Positions 9,628-21,986 are shown, numbered from the stretch's first letter. The stretch: DNA of 64,000 nucleotides from Pyrinomonadaceae bacterium (GCA_963748605.1 CAVVJS010000011.1:17963-81962); one strand, 5' to 3'. The notes: a model not told the origin generated them from the sequence alone. Made by a program: numbers and translations.

Positions 9628-10653
9628 ATGAGTTTTTGGCAGAACCACATGCACCGGCGCGAGCGTTCCTTTTACGAACGCGACAATAACCGGGTTGTCC
9701 GCCCATTTGAATGGGGACTGCCGTTCATCGTCGATCATGTGAACGGCGACGATCCGCGCCACGTACTTAGCCGGCACACCAAAAACGTTCTCAGCAACAG
9801 CGACGCCTTCTATGCCCTGCCGGCTATTACTGATTTTCAACTCAATGGCGATCAATTGACCTGGAGCAGTGCGGTGCAGACCGAGTCAGCAGAAAACAAT
9901 CTGGCCCGGGCGCGGTTTTTCCCAGCTAAACCTAAAGGTAAGAAACTACGAAGAGCAGTGGTTGTGCTGCCGCAATGGAACGCCAATCGTGAAAGTCACG
10001 TTGAGGCTTGTCGCATCTTCAATTTCATCGGTATCTCAGCGTTGCGTCTGACCCTGCCATATCACGAAGAACGCCGGCCGCCGGAACTCGAGCGGGCTGA
10101 TCACCTGGTAGGACCAAACATCGGTCGCACGATTCAATCTTTCCGCCAGGGCGTGCTTGATACGCGTGCCGCAGTAGAGTGGCTTAGCGAACAAGGTTAT
10201 GAACGCATCGGGATCCTCGGAACCAGTATCGGATCATGCATTTCGTTTTTGGCTTTCGCGCACGAGCCACGGATCGTCGCCGGAACTTTCAATCATGTTT
10301 CGGGTTATGTCGCTGATGTCGCTTGGAACGGATTGTCCACTCAACACGTGCGTGAAGGCCTGGAGCAACACGTAACTCTTGACGAATTGCGCGACTACTG
10401 GCGGCCGATCAGTCCCGTTCCTTACATCGCGCGCCTCCCGCAGCTGGGGCACCGGCCGATGCGGTTCATTGCAGCACGCTACGATCTAACCTTTCCGCTT
10501 GGTCTGACGCATGATGTGATCAGCGAAGTCAAGAAGCATGGTCTACCGCTTGACGTTGTCTGGCTCAGGTGTGGCCATTACACAACCGCCGAACTGCCCT
10601 GGAAGGCGATCGATGCCTGGAAGATCGCCACATTTCACCGAAAGCATTTGTGA
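9628..10653 (+). CDS. Alpha/beta hydrolase fold protein
   Basis: 341 aa. Nucleophile elbow GILGTSIGSC (GxSxG). C-terminal CGHYT supplies a candidate catalytic His. Confidence 0.8.
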   Translation: MSFWQNHMHRRERSFYERDNNRVVRPFEWGLPFIVDHVNGDDPRHVLSRHTKNVLSNSDAFYALPAITDFQLNGDQLTWSSAVQTESAENNLARARFFPAKPKGKKLRRAVVVLPQWNANRESHVEACRIFNFIGISALRLTLPYHEERRPPELERADHLVGPNIGRTIQSFRQGVLDTRAAVEWLSEQGYERIGILGTSIGSCISFLAFAHEPRIVAGTFNHVSGYVADVAWNGLSTQHVREGLEQHVTLDELRDYWRPISPVPYIARLPQLGHRPMRFIAARYDLTFPLGLTHDVISEVKKHGLPLDVVWLRCGHYTTAELPWKAIDAWKIATFHRKHL

Positions 10654-10682
10654 CAACGTTCAGCGAAGTATTCAGTCGAGAA

Positions 10683-11025
10683 AGAAATTAGCCACAGATT
10701 TACGTTGATGTGACGGATCAGAGCTAAGAAATTTAGCCACAGATTTTCGCGGATAACACAGATAAGAACTCAAGAAATTAGCCGCAGATTTACGCGGATA
10801 ACACGGATCAGAGCTAAGAAATTAAGCCACAAACTTTCTCGGATAATACGGATCTGACTCTCAAAAGTGGATTGGCAGCTTGATAATTCCGGATGACAGC
10901 CCTTCTGGTTTTTCTTATCTGTGTCATCCGCGTAAATCTGCGGCTAATTTCTTAGAGTTCTGATCCGTGTCATCCGTCGAAATCTGTGGCTAATTTTCCC
11001 TCCATGAAAATCTGTGGCTAAATTC
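10683..11025. repeat. Convergent arrays of B repeats (4 plus-orientation copies, then about 3 minus-orientation copies)
   Basis: Plus copies start near 10686, 10730, 10777 and 10822. Minus copies (ttcttatctgtgtcatccgcgtaaatctgcggctaa etc.) lie at 10913-11025. Confidence 0.88.
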
Positions 11026-11088
11026 CTTAGCCCTGAACCGTCACATCCGCGGACTTGAGAACGGCCGCTACCGCAGCGTATCTGAACC

Positions 11089-12784
11089 TTGCCCACAAAA
11101 GTCATTCAACGACTGCTTGAGCGCCTCGACGAAGCGAAGCGCCGCTTCGGATCACGCGACGCTGAGCTTGTTGCTCAGACGCTGTCGTTGCTCGGTCGCC
11201 AGAGGTTTAGCGACGCTGAATCTCTCCTGCAATTTCACGAACTGCTGTTGTTCGTTCGGGCTTATCCCGCCAGCCTCGATGTCCTGCGACAAGCTGAAGC
11301 TCTGTTGAAGGGTTTTGCTGATCGCGTTGCCAAACTTCGTGCTGAAGAGGCGGATCTGTCATCGTTCATCCATCCCGAATCGTCCGGAGTTGCGGGAACA
11401 TCCGTTACCGATAGCTTCAGTTATCCAATCGTGCGCTGGCTGGTAACCAGGCAAACGCCACGCGTAAAACTTGCCTGGGATTGGTTCGAGGATGAGAACC
11501 GGCTGGCGCAGAGCTGGCCGCGTTTCATGCCGATGCTCGAAGACGACGCGGCAGTTGAAGCTAACATCCCATTCAAAGACTGGCTGGGCTTGGCGTCTGG
11601 TGATCAGAAAGATCTGGTGTGGCTGATTCAACGATTTGAGTCGTTGCGAGTAAGTGAGAAAGAGAGAACGGAACTCTTTGACAGCCAAAAGCTCTATGTG
11701 AAATGGACGCCACCTTATCGAGCGACACGCACCGGCATGCGTCTGCCGGTCAAGAAAGATCTTTTATCATCGCGAGCCATTGATTCAACGGCGCGACGTA
11801 TCACTGGAAAGAGAACTATCGGCGCCACCGCCGCCGCTAAAAAAATTATCTGCAAAACAAGGCGCGGCGCTTCTGGAAATGGCGCGCGAAACTTCCACGG
11901 TGCGTTATCGCGAACTGTACGGGTTCACTCACGGCGATGCTCGGGGAGTTTTGCAGGCTGAACTCGGGCGTGGTGTAGAGCTGTTTGTCTTTAGTCTCAC
12001 ACCCGGACGTGGCTTGCCTCTACGGGCATATCACGCAGCAATGATCTTCAAGAACGGAATTCCGGTGGGCTACTTCGAAGGGCTTTCGCTCTTCGAACGA
12101 ATGGAAAGCGGGTTCAATTTCTACTACAGCTTCCGCGAGGGCGAGACTGCCTGGATTTATGCGCGCACGCTAAATGTCTTTCGTCATCTCCTGGGCGTCA
12201 CGGCCTTTTCGCTCGACCCTTACCAGATCGGTCATGAGAACGAAGAGGGAATTGAATCCGGCGCCTTCTGGTTTTATCGCAAGCTTGGTTTCCGTCCCAC
12301 GCAGTCGCAAATTGAAATGCTCACCGAAAACGAAGAGCAAAAGATTGCCGATCGCGATTCGTATCGCACTTCTGCGCGCACACTGCGGCGGTTGGCGGCC
12401 GGAACGATGATTTGGGAGTTTGATAAGACGCGTCGCGGTGACTGGGATCGGTTTCAAGTCAGGAATATTGGTTTCAAGGTGCAGCGTTATATGTCGGCGC
12501 ACTTCAAAGGCGACCCGGAAAAGATGCGCCAACACTCGTTGGAGCTGATTGGCCGAGCGCTGGGATTCAGTTTAAGAGGCTGGCACAAGGCGCAGCGGGA
12601 GGCGTTGGCGGAGTTAACTGTATCACTGGCTTTGATTCCGGAGCTTAATCGCTGGACGCGGGCCGAGAAGGAACTACTTGAGCAAATCCTGCGCGCAAAG
12701 GTTAACGGGGATGAAACCGGCTACTTAAGATTGCAGCAGAAACACGAGCGATTGCGAGCCGCAACTATTAAGTTGGGAAGTTGA
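11089..12784 (+). CDS. Conserved-looking hypothetical protein (~565 aa) split by an apparent frameshift near 11752-11762
   Basis: ORFs 11089..11961 and 11780..12784 overlap in adjacent frames. The second frame is already open and protein-like upstream of its start (..FYHREPLIQRRDVSLE). The C-terminal half contains FWFYRKLGFRP, reminiscent of a GNAT fold. The TTG start is uncertain. Confidence 0.55.
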
Positions 12785-12790
12785 AGTGGG

Positions 12791-12966
12791 AAAAAATTAG
12801 CCTCAGATTTTCGCGGATGACACCGATCAGAACTCAAAGAAAATTAGCCACAGATTTTCGCGGATGACACCGATCAGAACTTCAAGAGATAGCTTGAATA
12901 TGGTAGCTACCGCTCTCACCTTTTTTATTTCTGATCCGTGTCATCCGCGAAAATCTGTGGCTAATT
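12791..12966. repeat. B repeats: two plus copies facing one minus copy
   Basis: aaaattagcctcagattttcgcggatgacaccgatcagaac appears twice, then tttctgatccgtgtcatccgcgaaaatctgtggctaa. Confidence 0.85.
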
Positions 12967-12978
12967 TAAAATCTGTAG

Positions 12979-13977
12979 CTATTCCGCGGACATTGGACTT
13001 TGGACCTGGGACGTTGGACTTTCTTCCTCCCGGCCCGCCAGCAACAGATAAGAGTACAAACCAATTCCGGTGAGAGCCGCGATGCTAAATTTGATTCGGG
13101 GATCGATTGGCGCCGGAGAGATGAAACCTTCGATCAATCCGGCAATGACCAGCAATGTCGCCACGCCCATCATCAAACGCACAGCTTCCTTGCCGCGCGT
13201 CTTCAGCGCTTCACCTCGCGAAAGGTCTCCAGGCATGATCATCGCGCTGCCGATCAAAAGACCCGCGCCTCCAGCCATAAAGATGCACGACAGCTCAATC
13301 ACACCATGCGCCACCATAAACGTCACCAGATCGTTGCCGAAGCCGGCCCGGTATGTCAGCGCCACCACCGATGCAATATTGGCCCCATTAAAAGCGAGAT
13401 AGAACAAAGTACCAACTCCGAACAGCGCGCCGAAGGCAAACGTATAAATTGTTACCTGAATGTTGTGAGTCAAAATCGAGCTCGCACCGATCTGATTGGC
13501 CTGGTTCAAATCATCCCACCAATGCGTCTTAGTCTCGATTGCTAACTCGCGAAACGCCGGCGACACACCCATAATTTCTGAGAAGTCGGGATCGCGATAA
13601 CTGCCGGCGAAACCGATTACGCTGAAGAGAAAGAACACAAAAAACGCCAGCCCGGTGTAACGCCAGGTGCGGCGAAAGGTACGCGGGAATTCGCGCGCGT
13701 AAAAATTTCGGATGCGTTGCCCACCCTGAGCGTCAGCGCGATAGATGCGACCGTGGGCGCGAATTACAAGACTGTTGAGATAATTAATCAGACGCGGATC
13801 GCGTGACTCAGCGCGAGCAATGGCAAGATCGGAAGCCGTGCGACGGTAGATGCGGCCCAGCTCGCGCACCTCTTCCCGACTCAACTTGCTTAGCGACGTG
13901 GTATCGAGCAGCGTCAGTAATTTTTCCAGCCGCTGCCAGGCGGCTTTATGGTTTTCGATGAAACGATCGTTGGACAT
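12979..13977 (-). CDS. SpoIIM-like (stage II sporulation protein M / DUF95 family) integral membrane protein
   Basis: ORF 12979..13998. Soluble N-domain, then 5-6 TM helices with family-like NGANIASVV and VAHGVIELSCIFMAGGAGLLIG. MAIGNLF at the ORF start is repeat-derived, so ATG 13977 (MSNDRF) is preferred. The last ~14 codons lie in a GGACNTTGGAC array. Confidence 0.82.
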   Translation of the reverse strand: MSNDRFIENHKAAWQRLEKLLTLLDTTSLSKLSREEVRELGRIYRRTASDLAIARAESRDPRLINYLNSLVIRAHGRIYRADAQGGQRIRNFYAREFPRTFRRTWRYTGLAFFVFFLFSVIGFAGSYRDPDFSEIMGVSPAFRELAIETKTHWWDDLNQANQIGASSILTHNIQVTIYTFAFGALFGVGTLFYLAFNGANIASVVALTYRAGFGNDLVTFMVAHGVIELSCIFMAGGAGLLIGSAMIMPGDLSRGEALKTRGKEAVRLMMGVATLLVIAGLIEGFISPAPIDPRIKFSIAALTGIGLYSYLLLAGREEESPTSQVQSPMSAE

Positions 13978-13983
13978 AAACAG

Positions 13984-15174
<1,191 letters not shown>

Positions 15175-15209
15175 GGGATTGACATCACAACCTCACAAAG
15201 GAGAACCTC

Positions 15210-15605
15210 ATGTACGAAAGAAAAAAGATCCGCAGTTTTGAAGATTTGATGGTATGGCAGATGGGAATCGATTTAGTCAAGAGCGTCTACTGTCTTACTG
15301 TTGAAGGAGATTTGAAAAAGGACTTTGGTTTAAGAGATCAACTCCGCAGAGCTTCAGTCTCGGTTCCCACGAACATAGCCGAGGGCTTTGAACTTAGCTC
15401 TCGCAAAGAATACTTAAGACATCTGAACATTGCGAAAGGTTCTGCGGGTGAAGTTCGAAGTCTTCTTAGGGTAGCGTGGGAGGTCGGTTACATCGAAGAA
15501 GAGAACTATCTGGGACTCAAAGATGCAGCAGCCAAATTGAGCGTACCTCTTCAACCATATGAAGAGTATCAGGGCCGCACCAGTAAACTAAAAATCGCGG
15601 TCTAG
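15210..15605 (+). CDS. Four-helix-bundle protein (TIGR02436 / 23S rRNA intervening-sequence protein family)
   Basis: 131 aa. Family motifs FGLRDQLRRASVSVPTNIAEG and LNIAKGSAGEVRSLL. AAGGAG Shine-Dalgarno at 15198-15203, 6 nt before the ATG. Confidence 0.9.
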   Translation: MYERKKIRSFEDLMVWQMGIDLVKSVYCLTVEGDLKKDFGLRDQLRRASVSVPTNIAEGFELSSRKEYLRHLNIAKGSAGEVRSLLRVAWEVGYIEEENYLGLKDAAAKLSVPLQPYEEYQGRTSKLKIAV

Positions 15606-15682
15606 GGATTCAACTAATCAAAGGACTGAGAGGCAAGGCGGACCGAAAACTTCCCCTTTTCCCCCGTTCCCCTTTTCCCCAG

Positions 15683-17003
15683 TCAAAGCAGTCCGCGCTC
15701 TTTAACTTGGATGTATTTTTCCAGCAGCGCCGGGGCGAGCGCCGCTGCCGTGACGTCCAGCGCCAGCCCACCCTGCGATTCCACCAGACGCAGCGCCGCC
15801 TCACGCAGGTGCATGATCTCTTCGGCCACTGACTGTGTGAAAAGTTCCTGACTTGTTTCCGGCGCGTCGCGCACAACCGCCTTCAAATCACGGTCAGCAA
15901 TCGTTACCACCAACGGCAGATGTCGCGGCCGAAGCAGTTTCAAGGACGTGAGCAGTTCCTTCGAACCTTCTTCATCAACAAGATCCGTTAACAGCACGAC
16001 CAACGATCGACGCTTGCTGTTAGCGGCCACAAACTCCAGCGCGCGTGCGTATGAGGGCTCGATCATTTCCGGCTCAACGGCATATAGCGCTTCGAGAGCC
16101 GCATCCATGTGTTCCCGACCGCGACCCGGCGGCAAATAGTTTTGAATTTTTCGACCGAAGACCATCAGCCCGGCGTTGTCGCCTCCGCGTGCCGCCGCTG
16201 ACATCAACGCCAGCGCGGCGTGCACTGCAGAATCCAACTTCGTTTCCTGTTCGATACGCGCGGTCATCAACCGGCCGGCATCAAGCGCGATCAGAATCGT
16301 CTGGTCGCGCTCAATTTGATACTGACGCGTGGTCAACTTTCCACGGCGCGCCGTGGCGGTCCAGGAGATGTGGCGTAATTCGTCGCCACGCACATACTCG
16401 CGCAGCGATTCAAATTCACGTCCCTCGCCACGCCAGGAAGTTTTGCGATGCGCCGCAACGAGCGAACGCGCGCCTAGAGCTTTTAACTCGGCTTCGCGCG
16501 CACGCCGTAGGTTTGGGTAAACCTTGACTGAGTCGGGCTCTCCCACCTGCGTTTGACACCAGGCCAAACCGAGGCGCGAAAGAAACCGCACGGCTATTTG
16601 TCCGAATTCGAACCGGCCGCGCTTCGGCGGTTTCAGTGCATAGATCAGCTGTGCTTCGGTTTGCGCGGCAACCCGCACAGACGCTTCGCGAGCGCCAATC
16701 AATTTCATCTGTGGCGGATATTCATCCTTAACGCGCAAAGAAAGTGTTCGTGAGGTGTGGTTTTGCAGTTTGATCTGCACGTCGCTTTCGGCGCCGACAG
16801 CAAAGCGTCCCGCAAATTCTCGCGTGATGAGCAACTCCTTGAGGGAGTTTGCTGCTACGAGCATCAATGATTGCGAGGCCGACGATGAGGAGGTCGTAAG
16901 CAAGCGTGGCCCAGCGCAACCAGGGCCGTCCCCAGGAAAGTGACAGCGGGACCAGGCCGAGGGCGATTAGCAGGTAAAAGAGTCTACTGAAAACGAAACG
17001 CAT
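15683..17003 (-). CDS. DUF58 (vWA-like, MoxR-partner) protein, split by an apparent 1-nt indel near 16845
   Basis: ORF 16728..17003 gives the usual two N-terminal TM helices (FYLLIALGLVPLSL; LAYDLLIVGLAIID). ORF 15683..16903 carries the DUF58 signature LREYVRGDELRHISWTATARRGKLTTRQYQIERDQ. The frames join at ..DARSSKLP/KELLITREF. Confidence 0.85.
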
Positions 17004-17008
17004 CTGGC

Positions 17009-17725
17009 TCAGGGTGTGCCTGGTTCATTGATGATCGTGATCACAAAACGGCAGCCACAGCTGGTGCAGGTGATCTGCGTGTCGGAGTTAGGCTGCGTCA
17101 TGCCACAACGAGGGCAGAGTACTGTGGGAAACATGTGCTGATCAGAGGTGTCCGAGGCTGCATTAGCAACGACGATGTCAGCGCGACTCAGCCGGTGGAA
17201 GATCGGCATCATGATCGTTAATGCGGCCACAAGAATTGCGGTCGCGCCGATTGTCTTGAAGAGACCTTCCCCTTCCACGTCGCCATGGATAACAAAAATG
17301 ATTAGTGCCGCAAGGAAAAAAATCGCGAGCAGGGTTACAGTCCGCGCCCAGAGGAAGCGCGGTGCCAATTGAGCGAGTGAGATCAGGGATGCCTGGGCGG
17401 TGGCGATCGCGAGCACGCCAATCGTGGCACAGAATTTCCAAAACTCTTCGCTACTTATTCTGGTCCAGATTCCCGTGATGATTAGCAGCGCTGCAAGGAT
17501 CGCAAGCACAACTGCGATTCCCGGTAACGTGCGCGCGCGGCGAGCTTCCCAAAGAGCGCCTGCCGCGAGGGCGCAGATGCTGGCGGCTGAAACGGTTATG
17601 GTGGTGAGGATCACCCGGGCCTCGAAATCACCGAAATTGCCGGAGAGGATGACGAATATCCCCAACAACGCGCTGATGGCGACGGAGATAATCAAAAACC
17701 AGAGTGCGATTCTTTTAGGAGACAT
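17009..17725 (-). CDS. Polytopic membrane protein with C-terminal zinc ribbon
   Basis: 238 aa with about 6 TM helices. C-terminus is LCPRCGMTQPNSDTQITCTSCGCRF. It sits between the MoxR and DUF58 genes. Confidence 0.75.
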   Translation of the reverse strand: MSPKRIALWFLIISVAISALLGIFVILSGNFGDFEARVILTTITVSAASICALAAGALWEARRARTLPGIAVVLAILAALLIITGIWTRISSEEFWKFCATIGVLAIATAQASLISLAQLAPRFLWARTVTLLAIFFLAALIIFVIHGDVEGEGLFKTIGATAILVAALTIMMPIFHRLSRADIVVANAASDTSDQHMFPTVLCPRCGMTQPNSDTQITCTSCGCRFVITIINEPGTP

Positions 17726-17737
17726 CGATTAATAAAT

Positions 17738-17886
17738 GTCCAATGCCCAATGTCCAATGTCCAACGTCTTCGTTGGGAACATTGAATGATAAATCGAAAT
17801 CTGACTTTTAATTCACACTGGTCTATTAAACGGACCTTGGACGTTGGACCTTGGACTTTGGACACTTCTATTTGGACCTTGGACTT
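17738..17886. repeat. Inverted GTCCAA/TTGGAC short-period arms
   Basis: gtccaatgcccaatgtccaatgtccaacgtc faces ggaccttggacgttggaccttggactttggac. The core is about 63 bp. Confidence 0.85.
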
Positions 17887-17890
17887 ACTC

Positions 17891-18844
17891 CTATCTAGGT
17901 ACTTCCGCAGACTTCAAGATGTCAGTAATAACGGCGTCGGGGGTCGCGCCATCCAGTTCCGCTTCGGCACGCAGGGACAGCCGATGACGCAACACCGGCC
18001 TCGCGATATCACGCACGTCATCAGGGGTGACGAATTCACGTCCGCGAATTGCTGAAATAGCTTTCGAACACAGAAGCAAAGCGACAGAAGCACGCGGGCT
18101 GGCGCCGTAATGAATGAAAGGATGCGTGCGCGTCCGTCTCACAATATCCACTGCATAGTGCTGCACGCCGGGCTCCATGCGCACAGCGCTGACGCCGACG
18201 CGGCAACGTGGGATTGCATCAGGTTCGGCCAGAGGTTGAATCGCAACTTGATCCAAGCGCCGTGAATTGAAGCCTGCATCCCAGTTTGCCACGACCTGTC
18301 GCTCATCCGCTTCATTCGGATAATCAAGCAGAATCTTCAAAAGAAAACGATCCAGCTGCGCCTCCGGGAGTGGATAGGTACCTTCATACTCAATCGGATT
18401 TTCTGTCGCCAGCACCGTAAAGAGCGGCGACAGGATCTGGGCCTCGCCGTCGATCGTCACCTGACGTTCTTCCATAGCCTCGAGCAGGGCCGCCTGGGTT
18501 TTCGGCGGCGTGCGATTGATTTCATCAGCCAGCAGGATGTCTGTGAAGATTGGGCCCTGTCGGAGATTGAATGTCGATGTCGATACGTTGAAGACATTCG
18601 TGCCTGTGATATCTGAAGGCATCAAATCAGGCGTGAACTGGATGCGCCCAAAATTAGCATTGATGATGCGGGCGAGTGTTTTGACAGTCAGAGTCTTGGC
18701 TGTACCAGGCACGCCCTCGACGAGCGCATGACCTTCGGCAAGCAGCGCGATCAGGATCTGCTCAATCGGATCGTCCTGACCAACGATGACTTTGCGTAAT
18801 TCATTTCGGATATGACCAATGGTGGAGGAGATGTATTCAATCAT
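17891..18844 (-). CDS. MoxR-family AAA+ ATPase
   Basis: 317 aa. Walker A GVPGTAKT, Walker B LLADEINR, and the typical MoxR C-terminal segment ([12 protein letters not shown]). Confidence 0.95.
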   Translation of the reverse strand: MIEYISSTIGHIRNELRKVIVGQDDPIEQILIALLAEGHALVEGVPGTAKTLTVKTLARIINANFGRIQFTPDLMPSDITGTNVFNVSTSTFNLRQGPIFTDILLADEINRTPPKTQAALLEAMEERQVTIDGEAQILSPLFTVLATENPIEYEGTYPLPEAQLDRFLLKILLDYPNEADERQVVANWDAGFNSRRLDQVAIQPLAEPDAIPRCRVGVSAVRMEPGVQHYAVDIVRRTRTHPFIHYGASPRASVALLLCSKAISAIRGREFVTPDDVRDIARPVLRHRLSLRAEAELDGATPDAVITDILKSAEVPR

Positions 18845-18861
18845 TTTGTTTTTGCAGGTAG

Positions 18862-19298
18862 ACTTTGAATTTTAAGCTTCCTAGGTTTCGAACTTTGTGC
18901 TTTGTAGCTTTGAACTTTGTACTTTGAGCTTAGTACTTAGAACTTTGTTTACAACTCTGTTCGAACTTGAAACTAAAATGAAAGTATCGGCTGGTACGTC
19001 AAGCGTCGCGTCATGACGGGATGGTAAACGCCTCCTTCAGGAATCGCTGCCACTCGGTACGGTACGGGAGCGGTAGCGACCGCATCCAAGAGTGGCGTCT
19101 TTTCAACGCCATCACCCCAAAGTTCTACCCTTTGATCGTCAAACGCTAGTCGATTGTGCTTAGTCGAGATTGAGCGAAGCGTTTCTTCAATCGGGTCGCT
19201 ACCGCTCCCGTACTGTACCGCCTCTATTCGTCTCCTTAATTTCGCGTTTCCCTATAAGTTCCAGGAGCAAAGCTCAAAGTACAAAGCACGAAGTACGT
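18862..19298. repeat. REPIN (19051-19220) nested inside inverted CAAAGT/ACTTTG short-period arms
   Basis: Left arm 18862-18975 (gaactttgtgctttgtagctttgaactttgtactttgag..). REP cactcggtacggtacgggagcggtagcgaccgc at 19051-19083 faces gggtcgctaccgctcccgtactgtaccg at 19193-19220. Right arm 19263-19298 (aggagcaaagctcaaagtacaaagcacgaagtacg). Confidence 0.88.
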
Positions 19299-19305
19299 TT
19301 TATGT

Positions 19306-20746
19306 TTACCGTTGCGTTTGGCGAATATCTCGCGCGCGCATGCGCAACCCCAGGCTCCGTTCAACCTCGCGTAAGCGCTTCGCGAGCAGAATCGATTGCC
19401 TTTCGTTAATCGGTTCGCCGTTGATTGCACCCTCACATTGGCGCATCAGCACTTCTAAAGAGCGCGCCTCAAGCGACGACCGCGCCGCGACGCGCGCTGC
19501 AATCTCGGACCGCGGGCTGTTGTAGTCAGTTCCAGCATAGCGCGCCAACACACGTCGCGTCCGCGAATAAATATTTTCCAACGCCAGATCAAAAGCTCCC
19601 GAGCGCTGCTGCAGCTCGGCCATGGAAGCGACAAACTCCAACGCTGAACGACGATCAACTTGCTCCAAAGGAATCGGGCGCGCGAAGCGCCGGCCGCGTG
19701 TCCATAAGATCAAAAGTATTAGCAGGACGATCTGGCCGACGAGCGGCAAGATAGGAGTTCCCGAAAAGTAAGCGACAAAGGCATTCCGTGTTGCGCCTCG
19801 ACCTTGATGATATTCGTCAAACGCGATCAGGCCCGTTGGCGGTCGCAACTGCATTCGCCTCGAGGACGTTGATCGCCAGCTGCAGATTATCCTTAAGACT
19901 GATGCCCCCGTTGGAAAAAATATAAGGATCGCCCAGGACGATGATGCGGCCGAGGCCATGCGGATAATCTACGAGTAAGGGGCGGCGAGGTTCGCCCATG
20001 TGCACCACAGGCGCCGGCGAAGTGACTTTCGTAACCGCGTCGTCTTCACTTTCAGAAACGGGTGCAGGGGTCGGCGTAGGATATTCACTTTCAAACTCAG
20101 AATCTATTTCATCCTCCTCGCTCGGCGCCTCCGGCTGATTGGCTGATGACTTTGATTTGCCGTCGGCTGTCTTTTCAAAACGCACGAAACTGAACCCAGC
20201 GGCGAATTTTGAAGGTTGAACCGAGTCGATGTCTTTCGTTAACGGGGTTGGCTGCACCGGCTGCACCGGTTTTACGTTTTCGGTCATCGCTGCTGAATTA
20301 GCAGGATCGATCGTTAACGAAGGAAATTCACCAAACTCGGTGCTGACACGCCAATCACCAGAGGTTGGCAACAACTGGGCTTCGGGACGGCGATCGACCA
20401 GCACCAATCGTCCGCCTCTTCTCACCCATGCCAGGATGCTGTCGGCCTGATCTTCATCGATTGAAAGTGGAGTGTCGCCAATGATCACGAAGGTACGGAC
20501 CGTATCATTGTTGTCGCTCAGTAACTTGTCTGGCGTTTCGCGCCAGCGCATAACCTTGCTACCTGACTCGTTGAGAAAGTCGTAAAGGGCGCGCGTGCCG
20601 GTCGGACCTGCATGATAAGTCGAACGGTTAGGCGATAATTCCGAGTCCTTTTCTTCTTCTTTGCCGACATAGGTGGCGGCGTTGATCACAAAAAGAACTC
20701 CAATGAGGAGCAGGATAGTTCCAATGATGGCGAGTTTTTGCCGCAT
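19306..20746 (-). CDS. DUF4350-type protein, split by an apparent frameshift near 19833-19845
   Basis: ORF 19817..20746 (N-terminal TM, YHAGPTGTRALYDFL, GGRLVLVD) continues in ORF 19306..19959 (GLIAFDEYHQGRG, a TM helix, C-terminal helical part). The junction is ..AVATANG/LIAFDEY. Confidence 0.8.
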
Positions 20747-20765
20747 CCTTGACTCGGCCCGTGCG

Positions 20766-21782
20766 CTAGTTCAAGCCCTGGAGTGCCTGTTTGTACCGTG
20801 CGCGAAAAGTAGTCCAATCGGAATCGGTAGCCAGAGCAAAGCCGTACCAATGCCGCTCAAAGCTATCGGTTAATTGCTTGACGTTTGTGTGCAGCGGTTC
20901 TACTTCGCGCATCGCTCGTAGATAGTCGCGATTAGTTTTATGTTGCGCCAGACTTAGAATCTTTCGTTCGCCCAGTTCCACGAGCAAGGCGATATAGGCT
21001 TTGCGGATCGCCGCGCGCAGTTCGCCACGCCGGGCGAGCGCCTCGGCGCTGGCGAGAATATCGCTCGCCGACTCATCGGCCGCCAACGTTTCACCCAAGA
21101 CGATCCGAGGCCCTACTTTGACTTTCTTTTTGGAGCGTCTTCCTTTAAAGACTCGCGGCGCGAAGGTCTTCAGTACATAGAAAATGACCGCCAGGGCCAG
21201 GAGCACTATTAAGACCTGGGCGATCTGGCTGATCCAGCCGGCGCTGCCGGGCGTGAGCGGTCTGGGCTTAGGAATTAACCCTTGCAACCATTTCATCAAC
21301 TCATTCCAAAGTCGGACCAGGGCACTTTCACCTTGAGCGTTTCGCGAATACTCAGGCCGCTGCAAAATCTCAGCCAGCCTTTTACTGGTTCCAGCCTTGT
21401 CTACAGCCGTCCTACCCTCTCGATCGAATTCTGCGACCCGCTGCTCCAAAGCCCGTAGTCGTTCGAGGATGCGGGTCAAGGTGGCGCTACGATCGGTTTG
21501 AGTTTTTTCATACGTGTCGAGCTCGTGGTGAAGCCAGGCGTTGTTAACGGCAACTGTGTTTGCGCCTACTTGAACACTATCGGTTTGCGGAAGGGCGGCC
21601 CGAACGCCGGCAATTGTTTTGTTAACCCGCGAGGTGCGATCCGTCTCGGATTCGCTTTCATCGTGTTGGCTCATTGTGTCGAGGGCGGTAATCGCTTCGC
21701 GAAGTTGCAAGTGATACTCGGAAAGAGATTTAGCGGTAGCAATGGTGACCGCAAAAGTCAGCAACAACAGAAGTGCCGACAC
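20766..21782 (-). CDS. DUF4129 domain-containing membrane protein
   Basis: ORF 20766..21977. Its first 65 codons translate a REPIN ([10 protein letters not shown] ... GRYRSRTVP). In-frame GTG 21782 gives a good signal/TM start (SALLLLLTFAVTIATA). C-terminal DUF4129-like segment HKTNRDYLRAM...SFERHWYG. Confidence 0.78.
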   Translation of the reverse strand: MSALLLLLTFAVTIATAKSLSEYHLQLREAITALDTMSQHDESESETDRTSRVNKTIAGVRAALPQTDSVQVGANTVAVNNAWLHHELDTYEKTQTDRSATLTRILERLRALEQRVAEFDREGRTAVDKAGTSKRLAEILQRPEYSRNAQGESALVRLWNELMKWLQGLIPKPRPLTPGSAGWISQIAQVLIVLLALAVIFYVLKTFAPRVFKGRRSKKKVKVGPRIVLGETLAADESASDILASAEALARRGELRAAIRKAYIALLVELGERKILSLAQHKTNRDYLRAMREVEPLHTNVKQLTDSFERHWYGFALATDSDWTTFRARYKQALQGLN

Positions 21783-21811
21783 CAGTCGTATGGCGGCGCA
21801 CGAAATATAGG

Positions 21812-21923
21812 CCGGTACAGTACGGGAGCGGTAGCGACCGCACTCAACTGATCCTTCACTCTGGGTCCGAACCTTAAAGTCGGTTTCGTTGAATGCGGTC
21901 GCTACCGCTCCCGTACTGTACCG
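21812..21923. repeat. REPIN (inverted REP-A pair, 53-bp spacer)
   Basis: ccggtacagtacgggagcggtagcgaccgc at 21812-21841 faces gcggtcgctaccgctcccgtactgtaccg at 21895-21923. Confidence 0.92.
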
Positions 21924-21986
21924 ATTCGCGCGATCCAGCCGACGAGACGGAAAACGACGGTTAAGGAGGTCGCTCACTTCAGTGAT

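Noticed and set aside
15210-15605. Whether the four-helix-bundle genes mark genuine 23S rRNA intervening sequences.
   Set aside because: No rRNA-like sequence flanks either copy. Both sit between protein-coding genes, so the family name reflects homology only. The IVS analogy is kept as a hypothesis about structure, not as an rRNA annotation.
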